Shown here: positions 9,060 to 18,202 of the stretch, piece by piece | Position numbering within the stretch: the first letter of the stretch is position 1 | Layout: each line of letters opens with the position of its first letter | DNA from: a virus | Taxonomy: Duplodnaviria; Caudoviricetes | IMG/VR virus record: IMGVR_UViG_3300032373_000033 | Coordinates: 1 to 44,695 of that record | Direction: 5' to 3' (one strand) | DNA length: 44,695 nt | Notes under the pieces: generated by a model | Database searches by the model: none | Told to the model about the DNA's origin: nothing | What the model saw: the letters and a program-made list of their open reading frames with translations, nothing else | Made by a program: the position numbers and the translations under genes

Positions 9060-9431
9060 ATGGGAAAAGCTTCCAGAGATAAAGGTAAACGAGGCGAGCT
9101 AGAAGCTCGTGATCAAGTACGTAGAATTTGGAAGTGCCCCGGCTGTATCAGGTCCGCCCAAGTATCCGGACAGTTTGCTTCGGATCTCATGGGTGGACCT
9201 GATGGACTTCATCTAGAAGTCAAGCGTTACAGAAGAGTTGTGGCTGCCGATTTCATGCAGCAAGCTAAAGAGGACGCCAAGGCTTCCGAAATCCCCACAG
9301 TGCTCCTTAGGGAGAACGAGGGCGAATGGCTGGTCATGGTTCGAATGGAGGATACTGTTGAGTGGGCTAGACGAATCATCGAAGCAGTGGAGCGGGGAGA
9401 GGACAGCTTGCGAGGATTGCGGGGCGTCTAG
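9060..9431 (+). CDS. Holliday junction resolvase-like PD-(D/E)XK nuclease
   Basis: SRDKGKRGE...SD...HLEVKR, an Hjc-like pattern, in the T7 gp3 position. Confidence 0.8.
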   Translation: MGKASRDKGKRGELEARDQVRRIWKCPGCIRSAQVSGQFASDLMGGPDGLHLEVKRYRRVVAADFMQQAKEDAKASEIPTVLLRENEGEWLVMVRMEDTVEWARRIIEAVERGEDSLRGLRGV

Positions 9432-10989
9432 ATCTCTCGCGCGGCGCTCGGACGGTATGACGTACTGTCATGTCTGTACTCAAGTCGGCTCAGTAGAGCC
9501 CGAACACACTTTCTCTGGAGTCTCTGCTGTGAGTGGACAAGACCTGATCCCGCAAGCTGAAATCAGCTATGACAATCTGACGGGCCGCGGGTTGTTCCTG
9601 AACTCCTGTCGGCACTACCGCTATGGGCTGGCGAACTACAAGGGGCGCCCGTGTCAAGTAGCACAGTGGTTCGACAGCTCTGGCAAACCTTCGGTCCAGA
9701 AGCTTCGATTCGCTGATAAGAGTTTCCAGATCCTCGGGCCGGGTTCCACTGTGTCTCTCTTCGGTCAAGATGTCTGCCAATCTGGCGGGCGCAGGATCAT
9801 TGTGACTGAAGGGGAACTCGACGCGATCGCGTGCTACCAAGCACTCGCCGGGTCGGGGTGGCCTGTTGTAAGTCTACCCAACGGCGCGTCCAGCGCTGCT
9901 AAGGCCGTCAAGAGAAGTCTTGAGTTCCTGGAGAGCTACGACGAGATTGTACTCTGCTTTGACCAGGATGAAGCTGGCGCTAAAGCAGTAGAAGAGGTTA
10001 GAAAACTCTTCAAAACCGGCAAGGTCCGTATCGCAACCCTGCCCCGTAAGGATGCCTGTGAAATGGTACAGGCAAACGAGAGCGCCGACCTACGTCAAGC
10101 GCTCTGGCGGGCTAAGAAGTGGCAGCCAGAAGGTCTCGTCAGCGGCGATGATATCTGGGACCGCATTGTAAACCGCCGGATCGTCGAGGGTGTACCCTAT
10201 GTGTGGTCGGGGTTGCAAGAGTATCTTAAGGGCCGTCGCGCTAAAGAGCTTGTACTGCTGACTTCTGGTACCGGCTCCGGGAAGACAACGATTGTTAAAC
10301 ATCTTGTCGGAGAAGCGCTGGAGTCTGGAGCTACAGTCGGTTTCGTAGGTCTGGAAGAGTCCGTGTACCAATCCGCAGTAGGCTTGTACGGCATTATGGC
10401 GGGTGTCCGTGTTCTTCCGGATGACCCTCTACCTCTCACGGCTTTCGCTGAACTCCACGACAAGCACGGCGATCGTCTGTTTCTTTACGATCATTTCGGT
10501 TCCGTCGAGTCCGACAACCTTGTCTCTAAGCTGCGACACTTGGTGATCGCCGAAGGTTGCGATGTCATCGTACTCGATCATATCACAATCGCTATCAGCG
10601 GTCTAGCTATCGAGGACGAGCGCAAAGCTATTGATAAGATGATGACCGATCTAAGGTCACTTGTCGAAGAGACGGGCTGCACCCTATACCTCATCTCTCA
10701 CCTAAAGCGCTCCAATGCTGGTAGTCATGAAGAGGGTCTTCAAATTCGCCTGTCTGATCTTAGAGGCTCCCACTCACTCGGCCAGATCCCTGATATCATT
10801 GTGGCGGCGGAGAGAGATCAACAGGCAAGCGGCAGAGAGAGAGACTGTGTGCAGTTGCGGATCCTCAAGAATAGGCCGATTGGGTTGCTCGGTTTGTGTC
10901 AGACACTACAATACGATCACGTTACGGGACGATTGAGCCCGGTTAACGAGAATTCTCTAGAAGGCCAGGAGGTCACAATTGAAGACTGA
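9358..10989 (+). CDS. DNA primase-helicase (T7 gp4-like)
   Basis: Zn finger CEDC...CHVC, TOPRIM IVTEGELDA and FDQD, Walker A TSGTGSGKT, LDH, SHLKR, DLRGS, KNR. TTG at 9358 follows GGAGGA; start is uncertain. Confidence 0.96.
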   Translation: MSGLDESSKQWSGERTACEDCGASRSLARRSDGMTYCHVCTQVGSVEPEHTFSGVSAVSGQDLIPQAEISYDNLTGRGLFLNSCRHYRYGLANYKGRPCQVAQWFDSSGKPSVQKLRFADKSFQILGPGSTVSLFGQDVCQSGGRRIIVTEGELDAIACYQALAGSGWPVVSLPNGASSAAKAVKRSLEFLESYDEIVLCFDQDEAGAKAVEEVRKLFKTGKVRIATLPRKDACEMVQANESADLRQALWRAKKWQPEGLVSGDDIWDRIVNRRIVEGVPYVWSGLQEYLKGRRAKELVLLTSGTGSGKTTIVKHLVGEALESGATVGFVGLEESVYQSAVGLYGIMAGVRVLPDDPLPLTAFAELHDKHGDRLFLYDHFGSVESDNLVSKLRHLVIAEGCDVIVLDHITIAISGLAIEDERKAIDKMMTDLRSLVEETGCTLYLISHLKRSNAGSHEEGLQIRLSDLRGSHSLGQIPDIIVAAERDQQASGRERDCVQLRILKNRPIGLLGLCQTLQYDHVTGRLSPVNENSLEGQEVTIED

Positions 10990-11149
10990 AGATACAGAAG
11001 ACTGGAAAGCTAAGTACGAAGCTCTTGCTGAAGCTTGTCAGCTGATCAAAGCTGCTGGAGTGGACAACTGGGTAGGCATGGAGTTTCTAAGCGATGACCT
11101 AAGCGATGAGGAGTACGAAACAATCCTTGGTCCCTTTTGGTACGCTTGA
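10979..11149 (+). CDS. Small hypothetical protein (56 aa, AAGVDNW motif)
   Basis: Read manually; TTG preceded by AGGAGGT; fills the gap after the helicase. Confidence 0.6.
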   Translation: MKTEDTEDWKAKYEALAEACQLIKAAGVDNWVGMEFLSDDLSDEEYETILGPFWYA

Positions 11150-11238
11150 TGGATCCTGAGATCTTGGAAGAGAACGAGGATGATGATGTGTTGCACGGAA
11201 TTCTTATGGAGATCATGCGGGGTGTAGAATGCGATTGA
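11149..11238 (+). CDS. 29-aa acidic micro-ORF
   Basis: TGATG coupling to the upstream ORF; MDPEILEENEDDDVLHGILMEIMRGVECD. Confidence 0.35.
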   Translation: MDPEILEENEDDDVLHGILMEIMRGVECD

Positions 11239-11774
11239 AGAAATTTGTAGGTCTCGTAGGTTACACTGGTGTCGGCAAAGATTACATCGCGGATATCTTG
11301 GTGCGTGAACACGGGTATACGCGGTTGGCCTTTGGGGATGAACTCAAGAGGATGCTAATCGAGATTGATCCTATTTATCAGCGTCTGGCGTCTGTTGGGG
11401 GCGGTAGCGAGATGGAAGCGCTGGAGTGGGATAAGCGGGAAGATTTGGAATACACGCGAGAGAAGCTACAAAATCTGGGACATGTAGTAAGAACGTTGGC
11501 GCCTGATCACTTTGTCGATATCGTAAAAGACGCGATGCGCGCTTATGAAAAGGTCGTGGTAACCGATATTCGGTACATGAATGAACTGGATGTGTTCACA
11601 GAACTGCCTCGTAGTGTTTCCAGAAAACTTGTCTACGTGCAACGAGACGGTTACGGCGCGATCAACACGCATTCCAGCGAAGAATCGATTGAGACGCTGC
11701 GGTCTTTATCTGATACCACGATCAATAACAACGGAAACAAGGAAGAACTACAGCGCGACTTGTCCCAGCTTTGA
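11229..11774 (+). CDS. Deoxynucleoside monophosphate kinase
   Basis: P-loop GYTGVGKD, FGDELK, REKLQ.LG, VTDIRYMNE, HSSE. Confidence 0.88.
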   Translation: MRLKKFVGLVGYTGVGKDYIADILVREHGYTRLAFGDELKRMLIEIDPIYQRLASVGGGSEMEALEWDKREDLEYTREKLQNLGHVVRTLAPDHFVDIVKDAMRAYEKVVVTDIRYMNELDVFTELPRSVSRKLVYVQRDGYGAINTHSSEESIETLRSLSDTTINNNGNKEELQRDLSQL

Positions 11775-13600
11775 CTCTGCTCTTTGACCTGGAGACCGAC
11801 GGCCTTCTCGGAGAAGTCAGTAGGATCCACTGCATCGTCACGATTGACACGGACACAGAGGAGGTCCGTGCGTATCACGATGATATCAGCATTGAGCCCC
11901 GGCACGGGTCTATCAGTGATGGGTGCCGCGCTATCGAGGAAGCTGGGGATGTCGCGGGTCACAACATTCTTGAGTACGACTATCCAGTACTGAAGAAGCT
12001 TAGAGGCATGGACAGGACATGTGATGAGATGTTCGACACTATCATCATGTCCCGTCTGTGCTATTCCGACCGCAAGGAGAAAGACTTCGCGCTTCATAAG
12101 GCAGACCGACTGCATGGTAAGTACATTGGGCAGCACTCGCTAGGCGCCTGGGGTCAACGTCTCGGCGAGCACAAGGGCGAGTACACTGGCGGTTGGGAGA
12201 AGTTCAGCCAGGACATGCTGGACTACTGCATCCAAGATTGCGTAGTCAACCTGAAGCTTTACCGTCACCTTGTGGCTGTGTCTCCGCCTGATCAGTGTGT
12301 CCGTATCGAACACAGGTTCGCTAAGCAGCTCTTCGAGCAGCAGGAGCGAGGGGTCCAACTCGATTTCGAGGCGATGGACTCTCTGTTGGAAGAGCTGATC
12401 GAGCGGAAAGCCGTGCTCATCGAAGAGATCCGTGAGATCTTCCCAGCTTTAGAGGTCAAGTACAAAAAGCGGAAGGACACGGGTAAACGAACTATGCGTA
12501 TGTGTCCCGTGCGTAACAAGAAATGTGATTCTAAGCTTGTTCCGTTTAATCCCGGCAGTCGTCAACAGCTCGCAGCGCGGCTCATTAAAAAGCACGGCTG
12601 GGTGCCAGAGGAGCTGACCAAGAGAGGCGCTCCGTCTATGGTCGAAACAGTGATGCTCGATCTGGTATCGCTGTACCCGGAGGTTAAGCCGGTCATGGAG
12701 TACCTGGTAGTCAATAACAGGATTTCAATCCTGTCCGACTCTCCCGGCAGCTACTCACGTTTGGCCGACAGTCAAGGAAGGTTGCACGGCAGGACCATCC
12801 ATATTGGCGCAGCCACGCACAGATGCGCGCACAGTAAGCCGAACACTGGCAACGTCACCTCTGTACGTAAGCCGTACGGTGCAGAGATCAGGAAGCTGTT
12901 TGTACCCTTTACGGGTTTCTGTCAAGCCGGGTATGACGCGGACGGACTGGAGTTGCGCATGCTCGCACACTTTCTGTACCCCTATGACGGTGGCGCTTAC
13001 GTTGAGTCGGTTACTAGGGGCACCAAAGAAGCTGGAACGGATCCCCACTCAGTGCACGCTAGAGTGATTTCGACTGTGGCTGAAGTGTCGCGCGACAGAG
13101 GCAAGAACACAACCTACGCGCTACTCTACGGCGCGGGCGATATCAAGCTAGGTAAGATGCACGGGGGTTCCCGACAACTGGGGCGGCGAGTTCGTGAAGC
13201 TTTGATCACGCAGATTCCAGGCTTGCAGCAGCTTTACGATGCCCTGGGAGTAGCAGTTGAGCGCGGATGGATCATGGGTCTCGACGGTAGACGTATCGGG
13301 ATCCGGCATATTCACGCCGCCCTAAACACCCTTCTACAATCTGCTGGCGCAGTAGTAATGAAGTACGTGCCCGTCTTTCTTGAGGATCTACTCAATCAGA
13401 CCGAGTGTCGGTACGGTCACGAGTATCTCCAGACCGGGCATGTTCACGACGAGGGGCAAGGTTCCGTCAAACCGCAGTACAAAGAAGTCTTTTCGCGTTG
13501 TGTCACAGAGGCTTTCGCTCAGACAGAACGTATCCTTAACCTCAACGTCCCTCTTGCGGGCGAAGCCGAATTCGGTGACTCATGGGCGGACACGCACTAA
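11771..13600 (+). CDS. DNA polymerase family A with 3'-5' exonuclease (T7 gp5-like)
   Basis: FDLETDG, GHNILEYD, YCIQD, DADGLELRMLAH, RDRGKNTTYALLYGAG, HVHDE. Confidence 0.97.
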   Translation: MTLLFDLETDGLLGEVSRIHCIVTIDTDTEEVRAYHDDISIEPRHGSISDGCRAIEEAGDVAGHNILEYDYPVLKKLRGMDRTCDEMFDTIIMSRLCYSDRKEKDFALHKADRLHGKYIGQHSLGAWGQRLGEHKGEYTGGWEKFSQDMLDYCIQDCVVNLKLYRHLVAVSPPDQCVRIEHRFAKQLFEQQERGVQLDFEAMDSLLEELIERKAVLIEEIREIFPALEVKYKKRKDTGKRTMRMCPVRNKKCDSKLVPFNPGSRQQLAARLIKKHGWVPEELTKRGAPSMVETVMLDLVSLYPEVKPVMEYLVVNNRISILSDSPGSYSRLADSQGRLHGRTIHIGAATHRCAHSKPNTGNVTSVRKPYGAEIRKLFVPFTGFCQAGYDADGLELRMLAHFLYPYDGGAYVESVTRGTKEAGTDPHSVHARVISTVAEVSRDRGKNTTYALLYGAGDIKLGKMHGGSRQLGRRVREALITQIPGLQQLYDALGVAVERGWIMGLDGRRIGIRHIHAALNTLLQSAGAVVMKYVPVFLEDLLNQTECRYGHEYLQTGHVHDEGQGSVKPQYKEVFSRCVTEAFAQTERILNLNVPLAGEAEFGDSWADTH

Positions 13601-14364
13601 TGGAACACGACACACTAAACGCAGCGCTATACGATGCGGACGAGCTTCTATACAAGGTCTGTCGGGTATGCGAGCAGGAGACAGGGGTTACAGGAGAACT
13701 CCAGGTAAGCTCAGACGTTGACTCGATTCACCGCATGATCGAGCAAGAGATTCAGCTGTGTAAAGAGCGTCTGCAAGTTGACGCTGTACACTTCGCACTC
13801 AGCGACAAAGACGGGTACTTCCGCCGTGATATCTACCCGCCGTACAAACGCAACAGGAAGGATGTCCGGAAGCCTCTTGGTTTCTGGAAAACACGAGACT
13901 GGCTGGTGCAGGAATTCGTCACGTACGATTGGGAGCTTCTAGAAGCAGACGACGTGATGGGCATTCTCACGACTGAGTACGAGGTTATCGTGTCATCCGA
14001 CAAAGACATGAAGACTGTTCCAGGTACGTTCTACTCGCCCTACCACGACCGCCGGTACACGTCTAGCCCCGAACAGGCGGATTGGTATTTCCTGTACCAA
14101 ACGTTGATGGGCGACTCAACCGACGGGTTTCCTGGCTGTCCCGGAATCGGAGCTAAGAAAGCCGAGAGGATCCTTAACGACATCGTGCGTATTCCTGGAA
14201 CTATCAATCCGGACGAATTTGATAGTTGCTGGGGATCCGTGGTAGAGACGTACGAAAAGGCTAAAAAGCGCGAAGACCCTGTCAAGCAAGCTATCTGTGC
14301 GCGCATCCTCCGACCCGGAGAAGGTGGTCCGAAAACCATCAAACTGTGGGAACCCCCTTTCTGA
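13600..14364 (+). CDS. 5'-3' exonuclease (T7 gp6-like)
   Basis: DAD.LLY, FR..IYP.YK.NR, LEADDVMG, SDKD, GDSTDGFPGCPGIG; TAATG coupling to the polymerase. Confidence 0.95.
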   Translation: MEHDTLNAALYDADELLYKVCRVCEQETGVTGELQVSSDVDSIHRMIEQEIQLCKERLQVDAVHFALSDKDGYFRRDIYPPYKRNRKDVRKPLGFWKTRDWLVQEFVTYDWELLEADDVMGILTTEYEVIVSSDKDMKTVPGTFYSPYHDRRYTSSPEQADWYFLYQTLMGDSTDGFPGCPGIGAKKAERILNDIVRIPGTINPDEFDSCWGSVVETYEKAKKREDPVKQAICARILRPGEGGPKTIKLWEPPF

Positions 14365-14365
14365 G

Positions 14366-14728
14366 ATGCAGAACGAAATCAAGAACGACACCCTTATTAG
14401 GAAGGGCGGGACACCCGCTATTGTAAGGTCTCTGCAAGTGCTCCTACGGGATGCCGAGGAGACATTCCCGCGACTCGAACACATGCTCGCGCATCCCGAG
14501 CGTGATGTAGGTCTTGAGTACGGGCGCCAACAGTACATTCTGGGGGCGCGTGTGGCCTTTGAGTGGTTCCAAAAAGAACTCAAAGAGCAATTCGATATTG
14601 AAGGTCCGCCGCCTAAGCGAGAGATTGAGACTGAGTCTCCAGGCGGTCCCGTTCCCGCCGATGAATACGTTCAGGCTCTCGGAAACAATGTGCAGCTACA
14701 ACACCAACGACACGACGGTCAAACCTAA
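14366..14728 (+). CDS. Hypothetical protein (T7 gp6.5-like position)
   Basis: ATG immediately after the exonuclease stop; position before the portal block. Confidence 0.6.
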   Translation: MQNEIKNDTLIRKGGTPAIVRSLQVLLRDAEETFPRLEHMLAHPERDVGLEYGRQQYILGARVAFEWFQKELKEQFDIEGPPPKREIETESPGGPVPADEYVQALGNNVQLQHQRHDGQT

Positions 14729-14891
14729 GAGACCTAAGCTGAGGAAGGCGCCACCGCCGCCGCAGTCTACGCCAGGCGCTACGCAGGTAGGACGAAGCCT
14801 CAACTCTCGACAGCGCGAAGCCTCAACGCCCTTTGGCACCCTTGGTCGATTTGATCTAAGGTTGCCCTCGGTGCTCTCCATTCCTAAGTAG
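14688..14891 (+). CDS. Small Pro/Lys-rich virion protein (gp6.7/gp7.3-like)
   Basis: Starts MC, PPPP run, ends LRLP..LSIPK; typical pre-portal gene in T7-like phages. Confidence 0.6.
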   Translation: MCSYNTNDTTVKPKRPKLRKAPPPPQSTPGATQVGRSLNSRQREASTPFGTLGRFDLRLPSVLSIPK

Positions 14892-15289
14892 TGGAGAATA
14901 AAGAATGCCGGAAGTGTCTTCAGGACCTTCCGGTTTCTTCGTTCCATAAGAGAGGCGCGGGTCACCAGTCTTACTGCAAAGACTGCTCAAACGGGTACAA
15001 CACCCGCAGGTACCAGGAGCTTCCCAGGGAAAAACGTAGGGCAGCTGTACGTAAGCAACGGTACAGATTAAGTCCTGAGGACTACCAGGCTCTCCTGGAT
15101 AAACAAGAACAAGTCTGCGCCATATGTAGCGCCGACTCTCGATCCTTAGTCGTGGACCACGATCACGACACAAACCGCGTCCGCGGTCTTCTTTGTTCAC
15201 AGTGCAACACTGGAATAGGTTTGCTGGGTGACGGAAGAAACCTAGAAATCTTTGCTCTAGCACGAGCGTATTTAGAACAAAAGGACTAA
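14891..15289 (+). CDS. Endonuclease VII-family (HNH-like) nuclease
   Basis: N-terminal CxxC..CxxC; Q..CAIC...LVVDHDH.T..VRGLLC..CN.GIG. Confidence 0.9.
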   Translation: MENKECRKCLQDLPVSSFHKRGAGHQSYCKDCSNGYNTRRYQELPREKRRAAVRKQRYRLSPEDYQALLDKQEQVCAICSADSRSLVVDHDHDTNRVRGLLCSQCNTGIGLLGDGRNLEIFALARAYLEQKD

Positions 15290-16842
15290 TGGAAGCGAAA
15301 ACACTACGCGAGCTTTACCGGCAGCTAGAAGGACCTCGACAGGAGTTCATCGAACTCGGGCACATCTCGTCCGTACTCACGATCCCCTCGATCCTCCCCA
15401 GGGACGAGTCTTCCCGAGTTCGACTCACGCAGAACTTCCAATCAGTCGGAAGTCGGGGCGTGAACAACTTGGCGTCAAAGCTGATGCTGACTCTGTTCAA
15501 CCCGACTCTGCCGTTCATGCGCCTGGAGATCCCTCCGAGCGCTATGGAGGCGCTGGCGGGTGACCCCGATGTAGAGTCTGACGTACAGAATTCACTTCTG
15601 GGGATTGAGACAGAGGCGCTGTCCATCTTCGATACTGACGGATGGCGGCCCGCCATGTCGGAGTCGATGCTGCACTTGATCATCGGTGGGAACTCTCTTC
15701 TCTACGATCGACCTGGTGGGCGTCCTTCTAGTTTCGACATGCGCCGCTTTGTCGTTGATCGGGACTCTGAGGGCAACCTGCTCTCCACGGTCCTGCGACA
15801 AGAGGTGGGCATGCAGGTAGCTATGGAAACCCTGGGAGACAGCGTGACTCCCGAGCAGCTGGCACAGTCTACCACAGGTGCCACGCATTCGAGCCAGTCG
15901 AGCATTGAGCCGCTGATTGAACTGTTCACAGGCGCTGTCCGGATGTCCGACGGGCGTTTCCAGTTCTGGCAGGAGATCGGTGGATTTCAGGTTGAAGACA
16001 GCGTGGCGATCATGCGGGAAGAGGATCTACCTTTGATGCCTCTTCGCTTCCAGCCGATCTACGGAGCCTCCTACGGACGCGGGTACGTCGAGCACTATCA
16101 CGGGGACCTGTTGGTCCTTGAGTCGCTCTCGCGCGCTCTGTCTGAATCCTCGATTGCCGCGGCCAAGGTTCTGTTCATGGTCCGGCCTGGCGCCACGACC
16201 AAGCCCGCGTCCATCGCCAAAGCTCCCAACCTCGCTGTCCGCTCTGGTGATGTTGATGATGTGGGTGTACTGCGCTTGGAGAAAGGGCAAGACATGGGCA
16301 TTGCGCTCCAGTATGCTTTGCAGGTCGCTGGGAGGCTCTCTAACGCCTTCCTGCTGAACAGCTCCGTACAGCGCCCCGGCGAGCGGGTCACGGCAGAAGA
16401 GATCCGGTTCGTGGCGCAAGAGCTTGAAGACGCCCTAGGCGGTGTGTACTCCAGTCTCGCCGACACCGTCCAGCGCCTGATCGTCAACTACATCTACAGC
16501 AAGATGAAGCGTGACGGTAAGGTCGATGTGGGTGATGCACCAGTGCAGCCAGTTGTGGCTTCGGGCTTGGACTCAATCAGCAGAAATCACAAGGTCGGTA
16601 AGATCCGAGAATTCCTCGGGTTGATGTCCGGCTTCATTCCCCCCGAACGGTACAGCGAAGTATTCAGGCTCGACGCGATCGCGGCGGACCTGGCAGCTGG
16701 ATTCAACCTGGACGTTGACCGTTATGTCCTAACCCCTGAAGAGGTAGCAGCCGCGCAGCAATCACGCCAGGCCGAGGAAGTCGTAAGGACTCTCGGACCC
16801 GACATGGTAAAGCAAGCGGGTAACAGTAATGACGCAGCTTAA
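15289..16842 (+). CDS. Portal / head-tail connector (T7 gp8-like)
   Basis: QSVGSRGVNNLASKLML.LF, YGRGYVE, ERVTAEEIR.VAQELE..LGGVYS. Confidence 0.97.
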   Translation: MEAKTLRELYRQLEGPRQEFIELGHISSVLTIPSILPRDESSRVRLTQNFQSVGSRGVNNLASKLMLTLFNPTLPFMRLEIPPSAMEALAGDPDVESDVQNSLLGIETEALSIFDTDGWRPAMSESMLHLIIGGNSLLYDRPGGRPSSFDMRRFVVDRDSEGNLLSTVLRQEVGMQVAMETLGDSVTPEQLAQSTTGATHSSQSSIEPLIELFTGAVRMSDGRFQFWQEIGGFQVEDSVAIMREEDLPLMPLRFQPIYGASYGRGYVEHYHGDLLVLESLSRALSESSIAAAKVLFMVRPGATTKPASIAKAPNLAVRSGDVDDVGVLRLEKGQDMGIALQYALQVAGRLSNAFLLNSSVQRPGERVTAEEIRFVAQELEDALGGVYSSLADTVQRLIVNYIYSKMKRDGKVDVGDAPVQPVVASGLDSISRNHKVGKIREFLGLMSGFIPPERYSEVFRLDAIAADLAAGFNLDVDRYVLTPEEVAAAQQSRQAEEVVRTLGPDMVKQAGNSNDAA

Positions 16843-17641
16843 TCCGACAATGACAATGACACAGACTCCCAATACTCCCCCCGCTGGGGAGACAGATGAC
16901 GCGGTGAAACCGCAAGGCGTAGTAATTCCTGACGAGTATGTCACAGATGGTAAGATCCTTGGCCGCTTCGACAACGTTGGACAGCTCATGGACGCCCTCG
17001 GACAAGCTCCCCCGGTACCTGCTGACCCGCCGCAAAGCGCGCCTACAGGGGATCTGCAAGTGCCGCCTACAGAGCCCAACGTGCCCTCAGCGCCTGGCGC
17101 TCCCCTTGAAATCCCGGATGCGCCTCAAGGTACTCGCGGGCTCACGCAGGAGTACATGCTGGAGCTGGGTCAAGAAGCTCTTCAAAACAACGGAGCGCTA
17201 ACGGATGCAAGCTATCAGAACTTGAAGCAACAGGGCTACCATCGTGAGATGGTGGACGCTTTCATTCAAGGTCAGATGGCCCTTCGACAGCAGCAAACCA
17301 ACATCGTTGAGACTAAGCTCGGCGGTCGCGAGAAGATCGACAAGGCTCTAACGTGGGCGCAGAGCAACTTGGATAAAGCGGCGCAAGACCGGATCAATGC
17401 GGATCTCTCCAAAGCCTCGATTGAGGGTCAGATCGCGATCATGCAGGGCTTGATGTCACAGGCGGGCATCGTCGGCTCCACGGTCCCTGGCACCACAGCG
17501 CCTACGCTTACCTCGATGCCCTTCAGGTCCAACGAAGAGAAAGAAACGGCTATGGCGGATCCCCGATACGCTACGTCTCCCGAGTATCGAGCTGAGTACG
17601 AGAATCGACTTCGCGCAACTCTAGCGGCACAGACACGATGA
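16829..17641 (+). CDS. Capsid scaffolding protein (T7 gp9-like)
   Basis: Position; GG.E......WA..NL and AM.DPRY..SPEYR motifs. Confidence 0.9.
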   Translation: MTQLNPTMTMTQTPNTPPAGETDDAVKPQGVVIPDEYVTDGKILGRFDNVGQLMDALGQAPPVPADPPQSAPTGDLQVPPTEPNVPSAPGAPLEIPDAPQGTRGLTQEYMLELGQEALQNNGALTDASYQNLKQQGYHREMVDAFIQGQMALRQQQTNIVETKLGGREKIDKALTWAQSNLDKAAQDRINADLSKASIEGQIAIMQGLMSQAGIVGSTVPGTTAPTLTSMPFRSNEEKETAMADPRYATSPEYRAEYENRLRATLAAQTR

Positions 17642-18009
17642 AAAAGTTTCTACTAGTATGCGGCGCGGCGTTGTTGGCTTCGTGCGCGGCTCTTGGAGCT
17701 TTCGAGGAATCTGCTGAATCTCGTATTGAAGAGTACGAGGGAGACAGGGCAGCCCTGCTTGAGCTTCTAGAAGAGGGAGAGATCGACCATGATTCGTATC
17801 AAGAGATGGCGGATGATCTCGAAGACGAAGCCCTTGAAGACATCGGAAGGTCCGCAGAAGAGGCACGGGAAAACGCCAAGATCGAAGCCAAAGAGAAAAC
17901 TTCCTACTGGCTTCAAATGGGACTAGCTTTGTTGCTTGGTGGAGGAATTGTAGGAGGCCGCCAAGTAGTCAAGAAACCAAAGAAAAGGCGTAGCAACACC
18001 GCCGCATAG
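17638..18009 (+). CDS. Predicted lipoprotein with a C-terminal TM helix (u-spanin-like topology)
   Basis: MKK plus hydrophobic core plus LLAS-C lipobox; acidic helical middle; WLQMGLALLLGGGIVGG followed by a basic tail. Confidence 0.65.
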   Translation: MKKFLLVCGAALLASCAALGAFEESAESRIEEYEGDRAALLELLEEGEIDHDSYQEMADDLEDEALEDIGRSAEEARENAKIEAKEKTSYWLQMGLALLLGGGIVGGRQVVKKPKKRRSNTAA

Positions 18010-18021
18010 TAGAGTTGCCAC

Positions 18022-18160
18022 AACGGGCATAGATTGTCCGTTCGCGTCTGGACGAAACATCTAGACGCGGTTTACACCCCTACGTAACTGTAGGGCAGCC
18101 CAGAGGGCCGATGCAGCGAGTCCGCCAAGGCGGGTCACTCGAAGACGCGGAAGGACCGGG
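18022..18160 (+). promoter_or_regulatory. Multi-hairpin leader upstream of the major capsid gene
   Basis: Stems 18022-29/18035-42, 18043-52/18060-69, 18078-83/18090-95 and a bulged hairpin at 18117-18141. Confidence 0.45.
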
Positions 18161-18202
18161 CACCTTATTCGCTATTCGCGAACCCCTCTCCAAAGGAACC
18201 CT

